This document shows positions 11,074-20,400 of a DNA stretch of 64,000 nt, piece after piece. The position numbers were made by a program, and so were the translations under genes. The notes under the pieces are model-generated. The model was not told the DNA's origin. It saw only the letters and a program-made list of their open reading frames with translations, and ran no database searches. The stretch lies in the NCBI GenBank assembly GCA_964526655.1, contig CAZGIZ010000001.1:6220-70219 (forward strand), read 5' to 3'. The first letter of the stretch is position 1. Each line of letters starts with the position of its first letter. The stretch is from an uncultured Desulfobacteraceae bacterium. GTDB taxonomy: Bacteria; Desulfobacterota; DSM-4660; Desulfatiglandales; HGW-15.

Positions 11074-11159
11074 CCTTCACCCGCCACCACTTCGGAGGAA
11101 TTGCAGATAGCCACATTCGTGTCCGGATCTTTACACTATAAAAGTCAGGAGGAGATAAA

Positions 11160-12473
11160 ATGAAAACCTATTTTCCAGACGTCCTTTCACCCATCCCTTT
11201 TGAGGGGCGTGATTCAAAAAATCCTTTGGCTTTCAAATACTACGATGCCGAGAAGAAAGTGGCTGGAAAGACCATGGCGGGTCACCTGCGGTTCGCGGGG
11301 GCCTACTGGCACACCTTAAAAAGCACCGGACGCGATATATTCGGAGGAGATGTTTACAATCGGCCCTGGGACGCTGATGCGGACCCCATAAGCAAGGCAG
11401 AGGCCACCTTGCAGGCCGCCTTTGAATTCAGCCAGAAGTTAGGGCTGCGATACTATTGTTTTCATGACAGAGATCTGGCACCGGAGGGTGAGACTTTCGC
11501 AGAGTCCTGCCGCAACCTTGAAAAACTTGTGGATATGGCAGCGAAACTGCAAAAGCAGACTGGTATTCGTTTGTTATGGGGTACCGCCAACCTGTTCAGC
11601 CACCCGCGCTATACACACGGCGCGGCGACAAATCCCGATGCCCACGTGTTTGCCTATGCTGCGGCACAGGTGAAGCATGCTATCGCCGCGACCCATGAAT
11701 TGGGCGGCGAGAACTATGTATTTTGGGGTGGTCGGGAAGGATATGACACCCTGCTGAACACCGATATGCGGCGGGAGCAGGAGCAATTGGCCTGTTTTTT
11801 CCATATGGCCGTGGATTTTGCCCGCCAAATAGGATTCACGGGGCAGTTTCTCATCGAACCCAAACCCATGGAGCCGACCAAACACCAATATGATTTTGAT
11901 GCCGCCACCGTCCTGAATTTTCTGCGCCAATACGATCTGATTGATCATTTCAAACTCAATATCGAGGCCAACCACGCCACCCTGGCCGGCCACACCTTCG
12001 AACACGAACTCACTGTGGCGTCGAATGCCGGCAAACTGGGCAGTGTCGATATCAACCGGGGTGACAATTTGCTGGGATGGGACACGGACCAATTTCCCGT
12101 CGATATATACCAAACGACCTATGCCATGCTGGTAATCCTCGGCCAGGGCGGTCTAGGCAGCGGCGGGCTGAATTTCGATGCCAAACTGCGGCGCGGCTCC
12201 ACTGATTTAGAGGATCTGTTTCATGCCCACATCGGCGGGATGGACGCGTTTGCCCGAGGACTTATTACGGCACAGAAGATCATCGACGACGGATTGCTGA
12301 AAGAGTTCGTCGAGCAGCGCTATGCCAGCTATAGCAGTGATAGGGGTAAGAGGATTTTGAGCGGTGAAGCCGATTTCGACGAACTCGAAGCCTGGATTTT
12401 GGAGAAGGGAGAGCCGCATTTGATCAGCGGACGTCAGGAATACCTGGAAAACCTGATCAATACCTACCTCTAA
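11160..12473 (+). CDS. xylA: xylose isomerase
   Basis: 437-aa, near-collinear with recalled E. coli XylA ([64 protein letters not shown]). Confidence 0.95.
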   Translation: MKTYFPDVLSPIPFEGRDSKNPLAFKYYDAEKKVAGKTMAGHLRFAGAYWHTLKSTGRDIFGGDVYNRPWDADADPISKAEATLQAAFEFSQKLGLRYYCFHDRDLAPEGETFAESCRNLEKLVDMAAKLQKQTGIRLLWGTANLFSHPRYTHGAATNPDAHVFAYAAAQVKHAIAATHELGGENYVFWGGREGYDTLLNTDMRREQEQLACFFHMAVDFARQIGFTGQFLIEPKPMEPTKHQYDFDAATVLNFLRQYDLIDHFKLNIEANHATLAGHTFEHELTVASNAGKLGSVDINRGDNLLGWDTDQFPVDIYQTTYAMLVILGQGGLGSGGLNFDAKLRRGSTDLEDLFHAHIGGMDAFARGLITAQKIIDDGLLKEFVEQRYASYSSDRGKRILSGEADFDELEAWILEKGEPHLISGRQEYLENLINTYL

Positions 12474-12500
12474 TCTTATTTTGCGGAAGGGAAGCATATC

Positions 12501-14030
12501 ATGCCCCAGGATCAGCAATTCATAGGCATCGACAGCGGCACCCAGGGCACGAAAATCGTCATCCTCAGCCGTGAGCAAAAGCGACTGAAGGCGCAGGCCT
12601 ATGCGAGCCATGAGATCATCGAGACTTCTCTCGGCGGCCGCGAACAAGAACCCCTGTGGTGGACCTCCGCTTGCGAGCAGGCCATGCGCGAGCTCTTAAA
12701 GAACACGGATATCGACCGCGCGCAGATAAAAGGCATCGGGGTTTCCGGCCAGCAGCATGGTCTTGTACCCCTGGATGCCCGGGGAGAGGTAATTCGTCCC
12801 GCGAAACTCTGGTGTGATACGGAAACCGCTCTGCAGTGCCGCGTTTTAACAGAGCGTGTCGGCGGTGAGGAGGCGGTCTTGGCCGCTATCGGCAACCGCA
12901 TCTCCGCCGGGTATACCGCCTCCAAGGTGTTGTGGCTCAAGGAGCAGGAGCCGCAAAATTATGAACGGTTGGATAAAATACTACTGCCCCATGACTATTT
13001 GAATTACTGGCTGACCGGCGAGTGCAAGATGGAGTATGGAGATGCTTCGGGGACCGCCTTTTTTGACATCCGCCGACGCACCTGGTCGGATACGCTGTTG
13101 AACGCCATCGACGACAGCGGCCGACTCCAGACCTGCCTGCCTGAAATGATAGCGCCCAATGAGCCATGTGGAGAATTGCGCCCCGAACTGTCCAGTGCCT
13201 GGGGATTGCCCCGGGATGTATTGGTAGCCGCCGGAGGCGGAGACAATATGATGGCCGCTATCGGCACCGGTAATGTTCGCCGGGGATTGGTAACGGCCAG
13301 CTTGGGGACATCCGGCACAATATACGCTTTCAGTGAAATACCCGTCGTTGATCCCCAGGGCGAGTTGGCCGCTTTTTGCTCCAGCAGCGGGGGGTGGCTG
13401 CCGCTGGTATGCACCATGAATGTCACCGTTGCCACAGAACAAATACGCGTCCTGCTGGGGCTCGACATCGAAGGCTTCAACCGATGTGTCGAAATGGCGC
13501 CCCCCGGTGCGAACGGCCTTATACTACTTCCCTTTTTTAATGGCGAACGAACACCTGACCTGCCCATGGCAAAGGCATCATTAACAGGCATGACACCTGT
13601 GAATTTTACTTCTGAAAATCTGTCCAGGGCCAGCATGGAAGGCGCCACGCTGGGACTGCGATATGGATTATCCGTATTGGAGCGCAACGGCATTCATGCC
13701 GAAGAAATCAGGCTCGTGGGCGGCGGCGCCAAGAGCCGTGTGTGGCGTCAGATGGTGGCGGACATATTCGCGGTCCCCGTCGTGTCGCCAATGGAGACAG
13801 AAGCGGGGGCTCTGGGGGCGGCGCTGCAGGCCATGTGGTGTTATCGCAGTCAAAAGGAAGGTAAGACCGGCATCGAAGAAATTTGTGATAACTATATAGA
13901 CCTGGATCAAAATACTCGCACCTATCCCGATTCGCAAACATCAGCGGATTACAAGGCGCTGTATGGCTGTTATCTCAACACCGATAAGATACTGCGTCCT
14001 TTGAATCTGCCTATGATGCCTTTACAATGA
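12501..14030 (+). CDS. xylB: xylulokinase (FGGY family)
   Basis: 509-aa. IGIDSGTQGTK N-terminus, GVSGQQHG, GGGDN and GGGAKS motifs of FGGY carbohydrate kinases. Directly follows xylA. Confidence 0.9.
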   Translation: MPQDQQFIGIDSGTQGTKIVILSREQKRLKAQAYASHEIIETSLGGREQEPLWWTSACEQAMRELLKNTDIDRAQIKGIGVSGQQHGLVPLDARGEVIRPAKLWCDTETALQCRVLTERVGGEEAVLAAIGNRISAGYTASKVLWLKEQEPQNYERLDKILLPHDYLNYWLTGECKMEYGDASGTAFFDIRRRTWSDTLLNAIDDSGRLQTCLPEMIAPNEPCGELRPELSSAWGLPRDVLVAAGGGDNMMAAIGTGNVRRGLVTASLGTSGTIYAFSEIPVVDPQGELAAFCSSSGGWLPLVCTMNVTVATEQIRVLLGLDIEGFNRCVEMAPPGANGLILLPFFNGERTPDLPMAKASLTGMTPVNFTSENLSRASMEGATLGLRYGLSVLERNGIHAEEIRLVGGGAKSRVWRQMVADIFAVPVVSPMETEAGALGAALQAMWCYRSQKEGKTGIEEICDNYIDLDQNTRTYPDSQTSADYKALYGCYLNTDKILRPLNLPMMPLQ

Positions 14031-14034
14031 AGCT

Positions 14035-14086
14035 CCCCACCGCCCCGATAAGCCGGATCTACGCTTCGCTCCGACAAGCGGTGGGG
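14035..14086. repeat. GC-rich stem-loop (CCCCACCGC-N34-GCGGTGGGG), first of a palindrome cluster reaching about 14300
   Basis: Exact 9-bp arms at 14035-14043 and 14078-14086, 5 nt after the xylB stop. Further inverted repeats follow (CCCTGCGG 14193-14200 / CCGCAGGG 14242-14249, repeated CTTCGC/GCGAAG units). Confidence 0.6.
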
Positions 14087-14434
14087 TATCAAGCGGAATT
14101 CCGCCATAGCAACCCGGCTTCGCTTTTGCAAGCTTCGCCGTGGTTCACCTCGCCATCATGTCGGGTCGAAGCCTTTGGCGAAGACTGATCATCCCTGCGG
14201 CCCCGCAGAAACCGGCGGGATTTCCGCTTTGCTACAACAAGCCGCAGGGTATTCTGGCGAAGGCGAATAATCCGAACTATGATCCATCTGAAGACCTTCA
14301 AATTCTTAAGGAGTTATGGCTTGAAAAGTTAAAACCTTTTGGTGATAAGGGATATAATGAGCCGCCTCAAAATGTCACTCAGTCGGATAGACGGGGGACT
14401 TAGTCCCCTAGCCCCAACAACACTCCCGTCAAAT

Positions 14435-14465
14435 CGGGATCTTCAACATGCCGGTCACTGATCCC
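14435..14465. repeat. copy of the recurrent hairpin motif CGGGATCTTCRACATGCCGGTYA..GATCCC
   Basis: Near-identical to 62320-62351. A partial copy (CGGGATCTTCGACA) lies at 8315-8328. Confidence 0.65.
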
Positions 14466-14548
14466 TCTACCGGGGTCGTATACCAGGACATTGGACACCG
14501 ATCTCACTTCCTTTAATATGCTGCTTCGGCACTGCAAAATCGTGCCAC

Positions 14549-14908
14549 ATGTCAAAGCCACATTCTTATCCACATGTAAAAGCACTAGAAAATCTAATTG
14601 TTAATAGAGAGGATATCTGTATTTGCGGGATTATTTTGACCGAAGTGCTCAAAGGAATAAAAAAAGACAATGAATTTAGACGCACTCGGGATTTATTTAG
14701 TTCCTTAATTTTTTTGCCGATGCGGTACTCTTCTTTTTTACGATCAGCGGAGATCTATCGTAAACTTCGACGGAAAGGTATTACGATAAGAAAATCTTTG
14801 GATTGTATGATTGCCTCTATTGCTATTGAAAATGAAATCCCGCTTCTTCATAATGATAAAGATTTCTTACCAATTGAAAAAAGCTTCGGTTTAAAAAAAT
14901 ATAAATAG
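14549..14908 (+). pseudogene. PIN-domain (VapC-like) toxin gene, 5'-truncated
   Basis: 119-aa. Matches VapC from the central ..LTEVL.G.. segment to the C-terminal LHNDKDF. The N-terminal LDTN strand carrying the first catalytic Asp is missing. An in-frame stop lies at 14459-14461, with no alternative start and no upstream antitoxin ORF. Confidence 0.5.
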
Positions 14909-16010
14909 ACGAAGATAATCGAGTAGCTTGTGATTCGGGGTCAGACCACGGCAAGTAACTCATCAGGCTACGCCTTCGGCTACGACCCGACAGGCCGATG
15001 CCATAAGAGAGAATTCTTGATCAAATTCTCAAAGGAGAGGTATCTGCGATGGCTGTACCGGGGCGGAAAGCGCTTAACCGGTCTACCCTGACGTGAATGA
15101 AGTAGTAGTCATTAGGCTTTTGGGAAGAATGGCAACATTGTCAAAATCCCCACATGTCAAGGGGCGGTCAGGGATGAATCGGAAATAGAGGTTCTGTTAG
15201 GCCCGGGTTTGGACTCGTTAGATTAAGGGAAACCCTGGCCGGGGAGTCTCCTTTACAACGCAGTGAGCAGTACCGCGATTTTTCAGAGGCATTATGAATT
15301 GGTGGCCCAGGACATAGCCCGTTCTTGATGTACGATCCGGTACGCGACATGCAAAAAGCGATTTATGAGGATGTCCGGGCCCAGTTCGGCAGCTTGAGGT
15401 TAGCACTCTTGTGGCTGCATTCGTTCGAGGAGCCCTTTCTTGACGCTGAGGAGATGGATGCTTTGGGAAGGAGGACGGACTTCATAGTAGAAGGCACCCG
15501 GTTCACGGGGGCGCTCTGCTGTCTTGTGTTGAAAAAAATTGAGTAGAATAAATATCTCCAGATCCTGCTCAAGCCGAGAAACCAAGATGTTCGCATCTCA
15601 AATCAAATTATTCGTTATAGAGCATCCATAAATATATCATTGATCATGGAGAACTGGAGATTGTTGAATTTAAAAATCTCCAATTCTCAGCAGTGACATA
15701 TTGATTGACATAATAAATCTATAGGATTTCATGAATTCTCTCTCAGGTAGCCGCCGCATTTTTTTCAAGATGCGATTGATGAATATCTTAGAGAAATAGT
15801 CTATTTTCTTCCCTGACTATTCACCCACAATCAAGGAAAATGAGGATACCCTCCCCCACAGATCGGGGTTTTTTTCTTTGGAATTTTGTGATATGTTCTC
15901 ATAAAAAACTGGCCTGTTTTATAGTGCTTATGTATAAGGATATTCTGTCGTATTTTGAGAGACATCTAAAGGAACAGGGCCTTCGCCATGGGATAACACT
16001 GGTACTACTA

Positions 16011-17963
16011 ATGAATCATTCAGCGCGGATTCATATCTTCGTTCTGCTTATCGTTTTCCTCCAGCTTATCTACCTGCTCATACCCCCCCATTCCTGGAGC
16101 AGGGATGCCCTCAAAGTGGGCGTGCTTCGGTCCAATCCCCCTTTTTCTTTCATTGATAAGAATAACAATATTCTCAGGGGGTTTAGCGTGGACATAGCAA
16201 AACTGGTAGTAGGGACAATGGGATTCAACGCCGAGTTCTACGCCATGAACGGTTCGCGTTTGATGAAGGCCTTGAGCGATGGAAGGATCGATCTTATAAG
16301 CGGTATTATGATTAGCCCTGAAACTGCAAAAGATATCAATCTCATTGAAACGGGGATCCATGTCGAAAGAAAGTTCTTTGTGAGTCACGAATGCCTGACC
16401 ATCACCTGCTATAAAGACCTCCCCGGACATACCCTGGCCTTAGAGCGGGGACGGGATGTTTCGAGATACCTACCTTCCTTAGGAAAGGTAAGTTTTCTGG
16501 AAACGGGCTCCCAGGAAGAAGCGCTCACTTTCCTGAACTCAGGCCAGGCCCAGGTATATATATCGGATTGCAGTGTTTCCTCATTGTATATCATCCAGAA
16601 AAAGGGCCTGCAGAATATCAAAGAAGTAGGAATTCCCATAGAAACGGTTCCATTGGCTCTGGCCGTAAAAAAGGGGAACACGGAACTCCTCACCTCCCTG
16701 AGTGTTGCCTTTGGAAAAATTCTGGAAAACAAGAGTTACGATACCTTGTACAAGAAATGGATAGGCCGGGATATCCGATTCAATAAGTGGAGCGAATATA
16801 TCAGGTTTGTCCTGGCGGCCGTAGGGTTGACTCTCTTTGTTTTGCTTGGATTTATTTTCTGGAATCGCATGCTCAAGAGGAAGGTCCTTCATATAACCAG
16901 TGACCTCCAAAGATCGGAGCAAAAGTACAGGGACCTGATTGAATCATCTCCCGATATGATACATCTGATCTCGCCGGCCGGTGAGGTAAGACATGCAAAC
17001 AAGATTGCCTTATTGCACCTGGGGTATAGCGAAAACGAAATAACCACCCTTAGGATGCATGACCTGGTGTTGTCCCACCAGAAAGAGGATATGACGGAGT
17101 TTATAGATAAGGTCTTTCAAGCGGGATATTCAAATAAGGAATTCACTTTCAAGGCCAAGGAAGGAGATAAGGTCCATGTTGAGATGGTGGCGACCCTCGT
17201 GAAGGGATCTAACCGTTCCGAGGACCTCGCTTGCTGCTTCTCAAGGGATCTGACCGAACGAAAGCGGATAGAGGAGGATCTTATTCATTCGGACCGGCTG
17301 GCGATCATGGGGCAGATGGCGGCAGGAATCGCCCATGAAATCAATAATCCCCTGGGTATTATTTTGACCAACGCGGAAGATTTGCTCCACCATGAGCTCA
17401 AAGAGGAAGACTCCCATGAAAGTCTCAAATCCATAGAGAGAAATGCGCTCAGGGCGGGAAAAATCATCGAGGATCTGCTTACCTTCACACGTCCCACCCC
17501 TCCGGAAGTCACACCCATCGACCTTATACAGCTTATAGACAGCAGCCTGCTTTTCTTGAAACAAAGGCTCAAACAGAAGAGAATAAAGATCGAAAGATTC
17601 TATCCGGATGATATGATCTTGTTCAACGGCGATGAGAATTCGATCCAGCAATTATTGATAAACCTGATTTTAAACGCCATTCAGGCGATCAAAATAGAAG
17701 GCCGGATAACGATCCGTGTCAATACCCATGGAAGGAAAGATAACAGGCATGTGATCCTCAAAGTTGAGGATAACGGGATAGGGATTCCCGAAAAGGATCT
17801 TCCGAAAGTCTTTGATCCTTTTTTCACCTCACGAAAAGAAAAAGGGTTCGGACTGGGTCTATTTACTTCGAGAATTATTGTGGAAAAACATCACGGCTCC
17901 CTCACTGCGCAATCCAGTCCGGGAGAAGGGACTATAATGACTATAGAATTGCCCATAGGATAG
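16011..17963 (+). CDS. sensor histidine kinase with periplasmic SBP-type-3 domain, TM, PAS, HisKA and HATPase domains
   Basis: The ORF is open from 15840. I prefer ATG 16011 (MNHSARIHIFVLL.. signal anchor). Periplasmic LKVGVL..PPFSF..GFSVD.. solute-binding fold, H-box AHEINNPLG, N-box LILNAIQA, G-boxes EDNGIGIP and GFGLGL. Confidence 0.85.
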   Translation: MNHSARIHIFVLLIVFLQLIYLLIPPHSWSRDALKVGVLRSNPPFSFIDKNNNILRGFSVDIAKLVVGTMGFNAEFYAMNGSRLMKALSDGRIDLISGIMISPETAKDINLIETGIHVERKFFVSHECLTITCYKDLPGHTLALERGRDVSRYLPSLGKVSFLETGSQEEALTFLNSGQAQVYISDCSVSSLYIIQKKGLQNIKEVGIPIETVPLALAVKKGNTELLTSLSVAFGKILENKSYDTLYKKWIGRDIRFNKWSEYIRFVLAAVGLTLFVLLGFIFWNRMLKRKVLHITSDLQRSEQKYRDLIESSPDMIHLISPAGEVRHANKIALLHLGYSENEITTLRMHDLVLSHQKEDMTEFIDKVFQAGYSNKEFTFKAKEGDKVHVEMVATLVKGSNRSEDLACCFSRDLTERKRIEEDLIHSDRLAIMGQMAAGIAHEINNPLGIILTNAEDLLHHELKEEDSHESLKSIERNALRAGKIIEDLLTFTRPTPPEVTPIDLIQLIDSSLLFLKQRLKQKRIKIERFYPDDMILFNGDENSIQQLLINLILNAIQAIKIEGRITIRVNTHGRKDNRHVILKVEDNGIGIPEKDLPKVFDPFFTSRKEKGFGLGLFTSRIIVEKHHGSLTAQSSPGEGTIMTIELPIG

Positions 17964-17977
17964 AAGGAGAATGCTCC

Positions 17978-19345
17978 GTGAATGAAAGAATACTTATCGT
18001 CGATGACGAGCTTGAAATGCTGCAAGTTTTGAGCCGTCTTTTCTCGAGAAAAGGATACGAAGTCCATATTGCGGAAACCGGCGAGGAAGGGTGGAAGGCC
18101 ATAGAGGAGACCATGTTCGATCTTGTAATATCCGATATGGCCATGGAAGATTTGGATGGCCTCGAACTCCTGGACCGGGTTCGCTCAACGGATGCGACGA
18201 TCCCATTCATTATCATTACCGGAGTAGGCACCATCGAAAGTGCTGTCCAGGCCATCAAGATGGGTGCATTTCACTACATCACCAAACCTTTTAAGAACAG
18301 GGACATCGAGATCCTCGCCCAAAGGGCCCTGGAATACGGCAAGTTGCACCGAAAGCTCGATAATCTGCGTCTGCATGATGAAGATGGAAGTCTGCCTCAG
18401 ATGCTCATTGGAGCGAGCAAGAGCATGCATGACCTTATGCATTGCGTAGAAAAGGTCTCCGATTCCCTGGCACCCGTCCTGATTCAGGGTGAGACCGGAA
18501 CGGGTAAGTCTCTCCTGGCTGAAAAAATTCACGAGAATAGTTCTCGAAGAGAAAAGCCATTTCTTACGATTGACTGTGGCGCGCTCACCGAAACCCTGCT
18601 CGAGAGCGAGTTGTTCGGTCATGTGAGAGGGGCTTTTACCGGGGCCTTACGCGCCAAAAGAGGTCTTCTTGAAGAGACGCAAGGGGGAACTATCTTTCTT
18701 GATGAGATCTGTGAAATAACCCCTCCGACCCAGGTAAAGCTTCTCAGGGCCATTCAAGAAGGCGAGATAAAGCCTGTGGGCGGCAACAATACAGTCCGGA
18801 TTGATGTTCGATTCATCTCGGCCACAAGCCGTAACCTGGAAATGGAGGTTCAAATAGGTAACTTCCGTGAAGAACTCTACTACCGCCTCGCGGTTGTACC
18901 TCTTCACTTACCCCCACTGCGCGAACGGCGGGAAGACATACCCCTCCTTATCGATTTTTTTTTGAAAAAGTTTTGCAAGAGGTACAAAAAAAGGATTAGC
19001 CTCATCAAACCGGAGGTGTTGGAGATGTTTCTCCAATCTCTCTGGAAAGGCAACATCCGTGAATTGGCAAATATCCTGGAAAGGGGTGTGCTCCTTGCGG
19101 AAAACGAGGTCATTTCGATGGATTGTATCATGAGCACATATCCTCACGAGCGCCTCACCAAGAAACCGGGGCAGGAAAGTCCGGCATTACCCCTGAGACA
19201 GGTGGTTGAAGAAGCAGAGAAGAAGGCAATCATCCAGGCCCTTAAAAATGCCAACAACAACCGAAGTCAGACAGCCCGCCTCCTCGGGATCAGCCGGAGG
19301 GCACTCTACGATAAAATCGCAGCCTACAATCTGATGAAGGTTTGA
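17978..19345 (+). CDS. sigma-54-dependent response regulator (NtrC family: REC + AAA+ + Fis-type HTH)
   Basis: 455-aa. REC domain (ILIVDDE..DLVISDMAMEDLDG), Walker A GETGTGKS, sigma-54 contact motif GAFTGA, C-terminal HTH NRSQTARLLGISRRALYDKI. Confidence 0.9.
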   Translation: MNERILIVDDELEMLQVLSRLFSRKGYEVHIAETGEEGWKAIEETMFDLVISDMAMEDLDGLELLDRVRSTDATIPFIIITGVGTIESAVQAIKMGAFHYITKPFKNRDIEILAQRALEYGKLHRKLDNLRLHDEDGSLPQMLIGASKSMHDLMHCVEKVSDSLAPVLIQGETGTGKSLLAEKIHENSSRREKPFLTIDCGALTETLLESELFGHVRGAFTGALRAKRGLLEETQGGTIFLDEICEITPPTQVKLLRAIQEGEIKPVGGNNTVRIDVRFISATSRNLEMEVQIGNFREELYYRLAVVPLHLPPLRERREDIPLLIDFFLKKFCKRYKKRISLIKPEVLEMFLQSLWKGNIRELANILERGVLLAENEVISMDCIMSTYPHERLTKKPGQESPALPLRQVVEEAEKKAIIQALKNANNNRSQTARLLGISRRALYDKIAAYNLMKV

Positions 19346-19502
19346 CGGCGTGGGCGTTTGGATTCCCCCGGTGTGCAACCCTCATTACAATTGTAAAATA
19401 TTCTTCCCAAAGGTTTAAGGTGTAAAATATTTCGATTGTTTCGCTCTAAAAAAATAATTAATTATTCCATATAGTTATTTGAATGTTATGGCGTCCTGCT
19501 CC

Positions 19503-19518
19503 TGGCATGTTTTTCGCA
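19503..19518 (+). promoter_or_regulatory. weak second sigma-54-like element (TGGCAT-N5-TCGCA)
   Basis: GG/GC spacing is correct but the -12 box is degenerate, and it sits about 300 nt from the first gene. It may be fortuitous. Confidence 0.2.
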
Positions 19519-19702
19519 TTCTGGATTGGTCATATGAGACAAAAGTTAGGGAATTAGGGCCAATACCGCGAAGAGAGGGCTTTAACAGAGTGAAAAAAAA
19601 CCTGACACTAATGCTTTGAAAATATTGAGTGAAAAAGGTAGATATTGTGATTTTTTATCGCTTTTTCAGTCAGTTGATTAGGCGGTCCGACGATCCGGGT
19701 AC

Positions 19703-19718
19703 TGGCACAAAGGTTGCT
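19703..19718 (+). promoter_or_regulatory. sigma-54 (-24/-12) promoter
   Basis: TGGCAC-aaagg-TTGCT matches the consensus TGGCAC-N5-TTGCW exactly (GG 19704-05, GC 19716-17). It lies about 90 nt upstream of ATG 19809 and about 360 nt downstream of the activator gene. Confidence 0.7.
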
Positions 19719-19808
19719 GTTTGATAAGGGAGGGGTGGGAATATGGAGGTCCAGCGTAGATCTGGGGTCAATGAAACGCTAACTATAACTTCCCGGAGGT
19801 AATGAAAA

Positions 19809-20303
19809 ATGAGAATGAAAAAAACGACAGTGGTCTTCGCAATCCTGGCGATGATAATGGGCTTTGCATTCGCCCGGGCGGCGACGGGAGCGGATCTCAT
19901 CATCGTGGCCAGTAAGGCAACCCAGGAAGCTTCACAAAACTGGGTTGGATTTTTAAAGACAAGTGAGGTTCCCTTTAAGCTTGTTACGCCGCAGGAATTT
20001 GCAAATTATAAACAGCAGAAATACCTTTTTTTCCTGGGCGGCGTAGATGAAACGGAGGGCATCGCTGGTCCTGTGAAAGAGGCCCTCACCAAGGACGAGT
20101 TTCAGTGGGTCAGCCAGCCGGGCAATGGTAAATTGTATGTTAAATCCGATATATGGGCACCCGGGCAACGTATCGTTATTGTTGCAGGATCAGATTTAAA
20201 AGCTTCGGAAGAGGCCAGGAAAACCACGAGGGAGCAGTGGTTTGCAATACTCACCGATTGGTTTGACCTCGAACAAGGGCCTGGTGGACTCCATACCTAT
20301 TAG
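19809..20303 (+). CDS. exported hypothetical protein (orphan)
   Basis: 164-aa. GGAGG lies 9 nt upstream of the start. Signal peptide MRMKKTTVVFAILAMIMGFAFARA. No family recognised. Confidence 0.6.
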   Translation: MRMKKTTVVFAILAMIMGFAFARAATGADLIIVASKATQEASQNWVGFLKTSEVPFKLVTPQEFANYKQQKYLFFLGGVDETEGIAGPVKEALTKDEFQWVSQPGNGKLYVKSDIWAPGQRIVIVAGSDLKASEEARKTTREQWFAILTDWFDLEQGPGGLHTY

Positions 20304-20400
20304 AAACCTTTTTTTTGCCGCCGGTTCTTTTATGATAACGCCTATTTTTTGACCCGATGGTCGTGTGAAGAAATAATAGAACCGAAGCGATTTAAGGAGG

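Noticed and set aside
14140-14403. 87-aa ORF between xylB and the PIN remnant
   Set aside because: It runs through the GC-rich palindrome cluster, has no RBS and no family resemblance, and is probably non-coding.
15160-15600. Possible decayed IS200/RayT-like (Y1) transposase on the minus strand (fragments ..PGAFYYEV.. and ..GYVLGHQFIMPL..), which would fit the nearby REP-like palindromes
   Set aside because: The similarity is only a few residues long, spread over different frames, and the HxH and catalytic Tyr motifs could not be found. That is not enough to call.
19503-19518. A second sigma-54 promoter as the main promoter of the locus
   Set aside because: Its -12 box is degenerate (TCGCA) and it sits about 300 nt from the first gene. 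The consensus element at 19703-19718 is the better candidate, so this one is kept only as a low-confidence feature.
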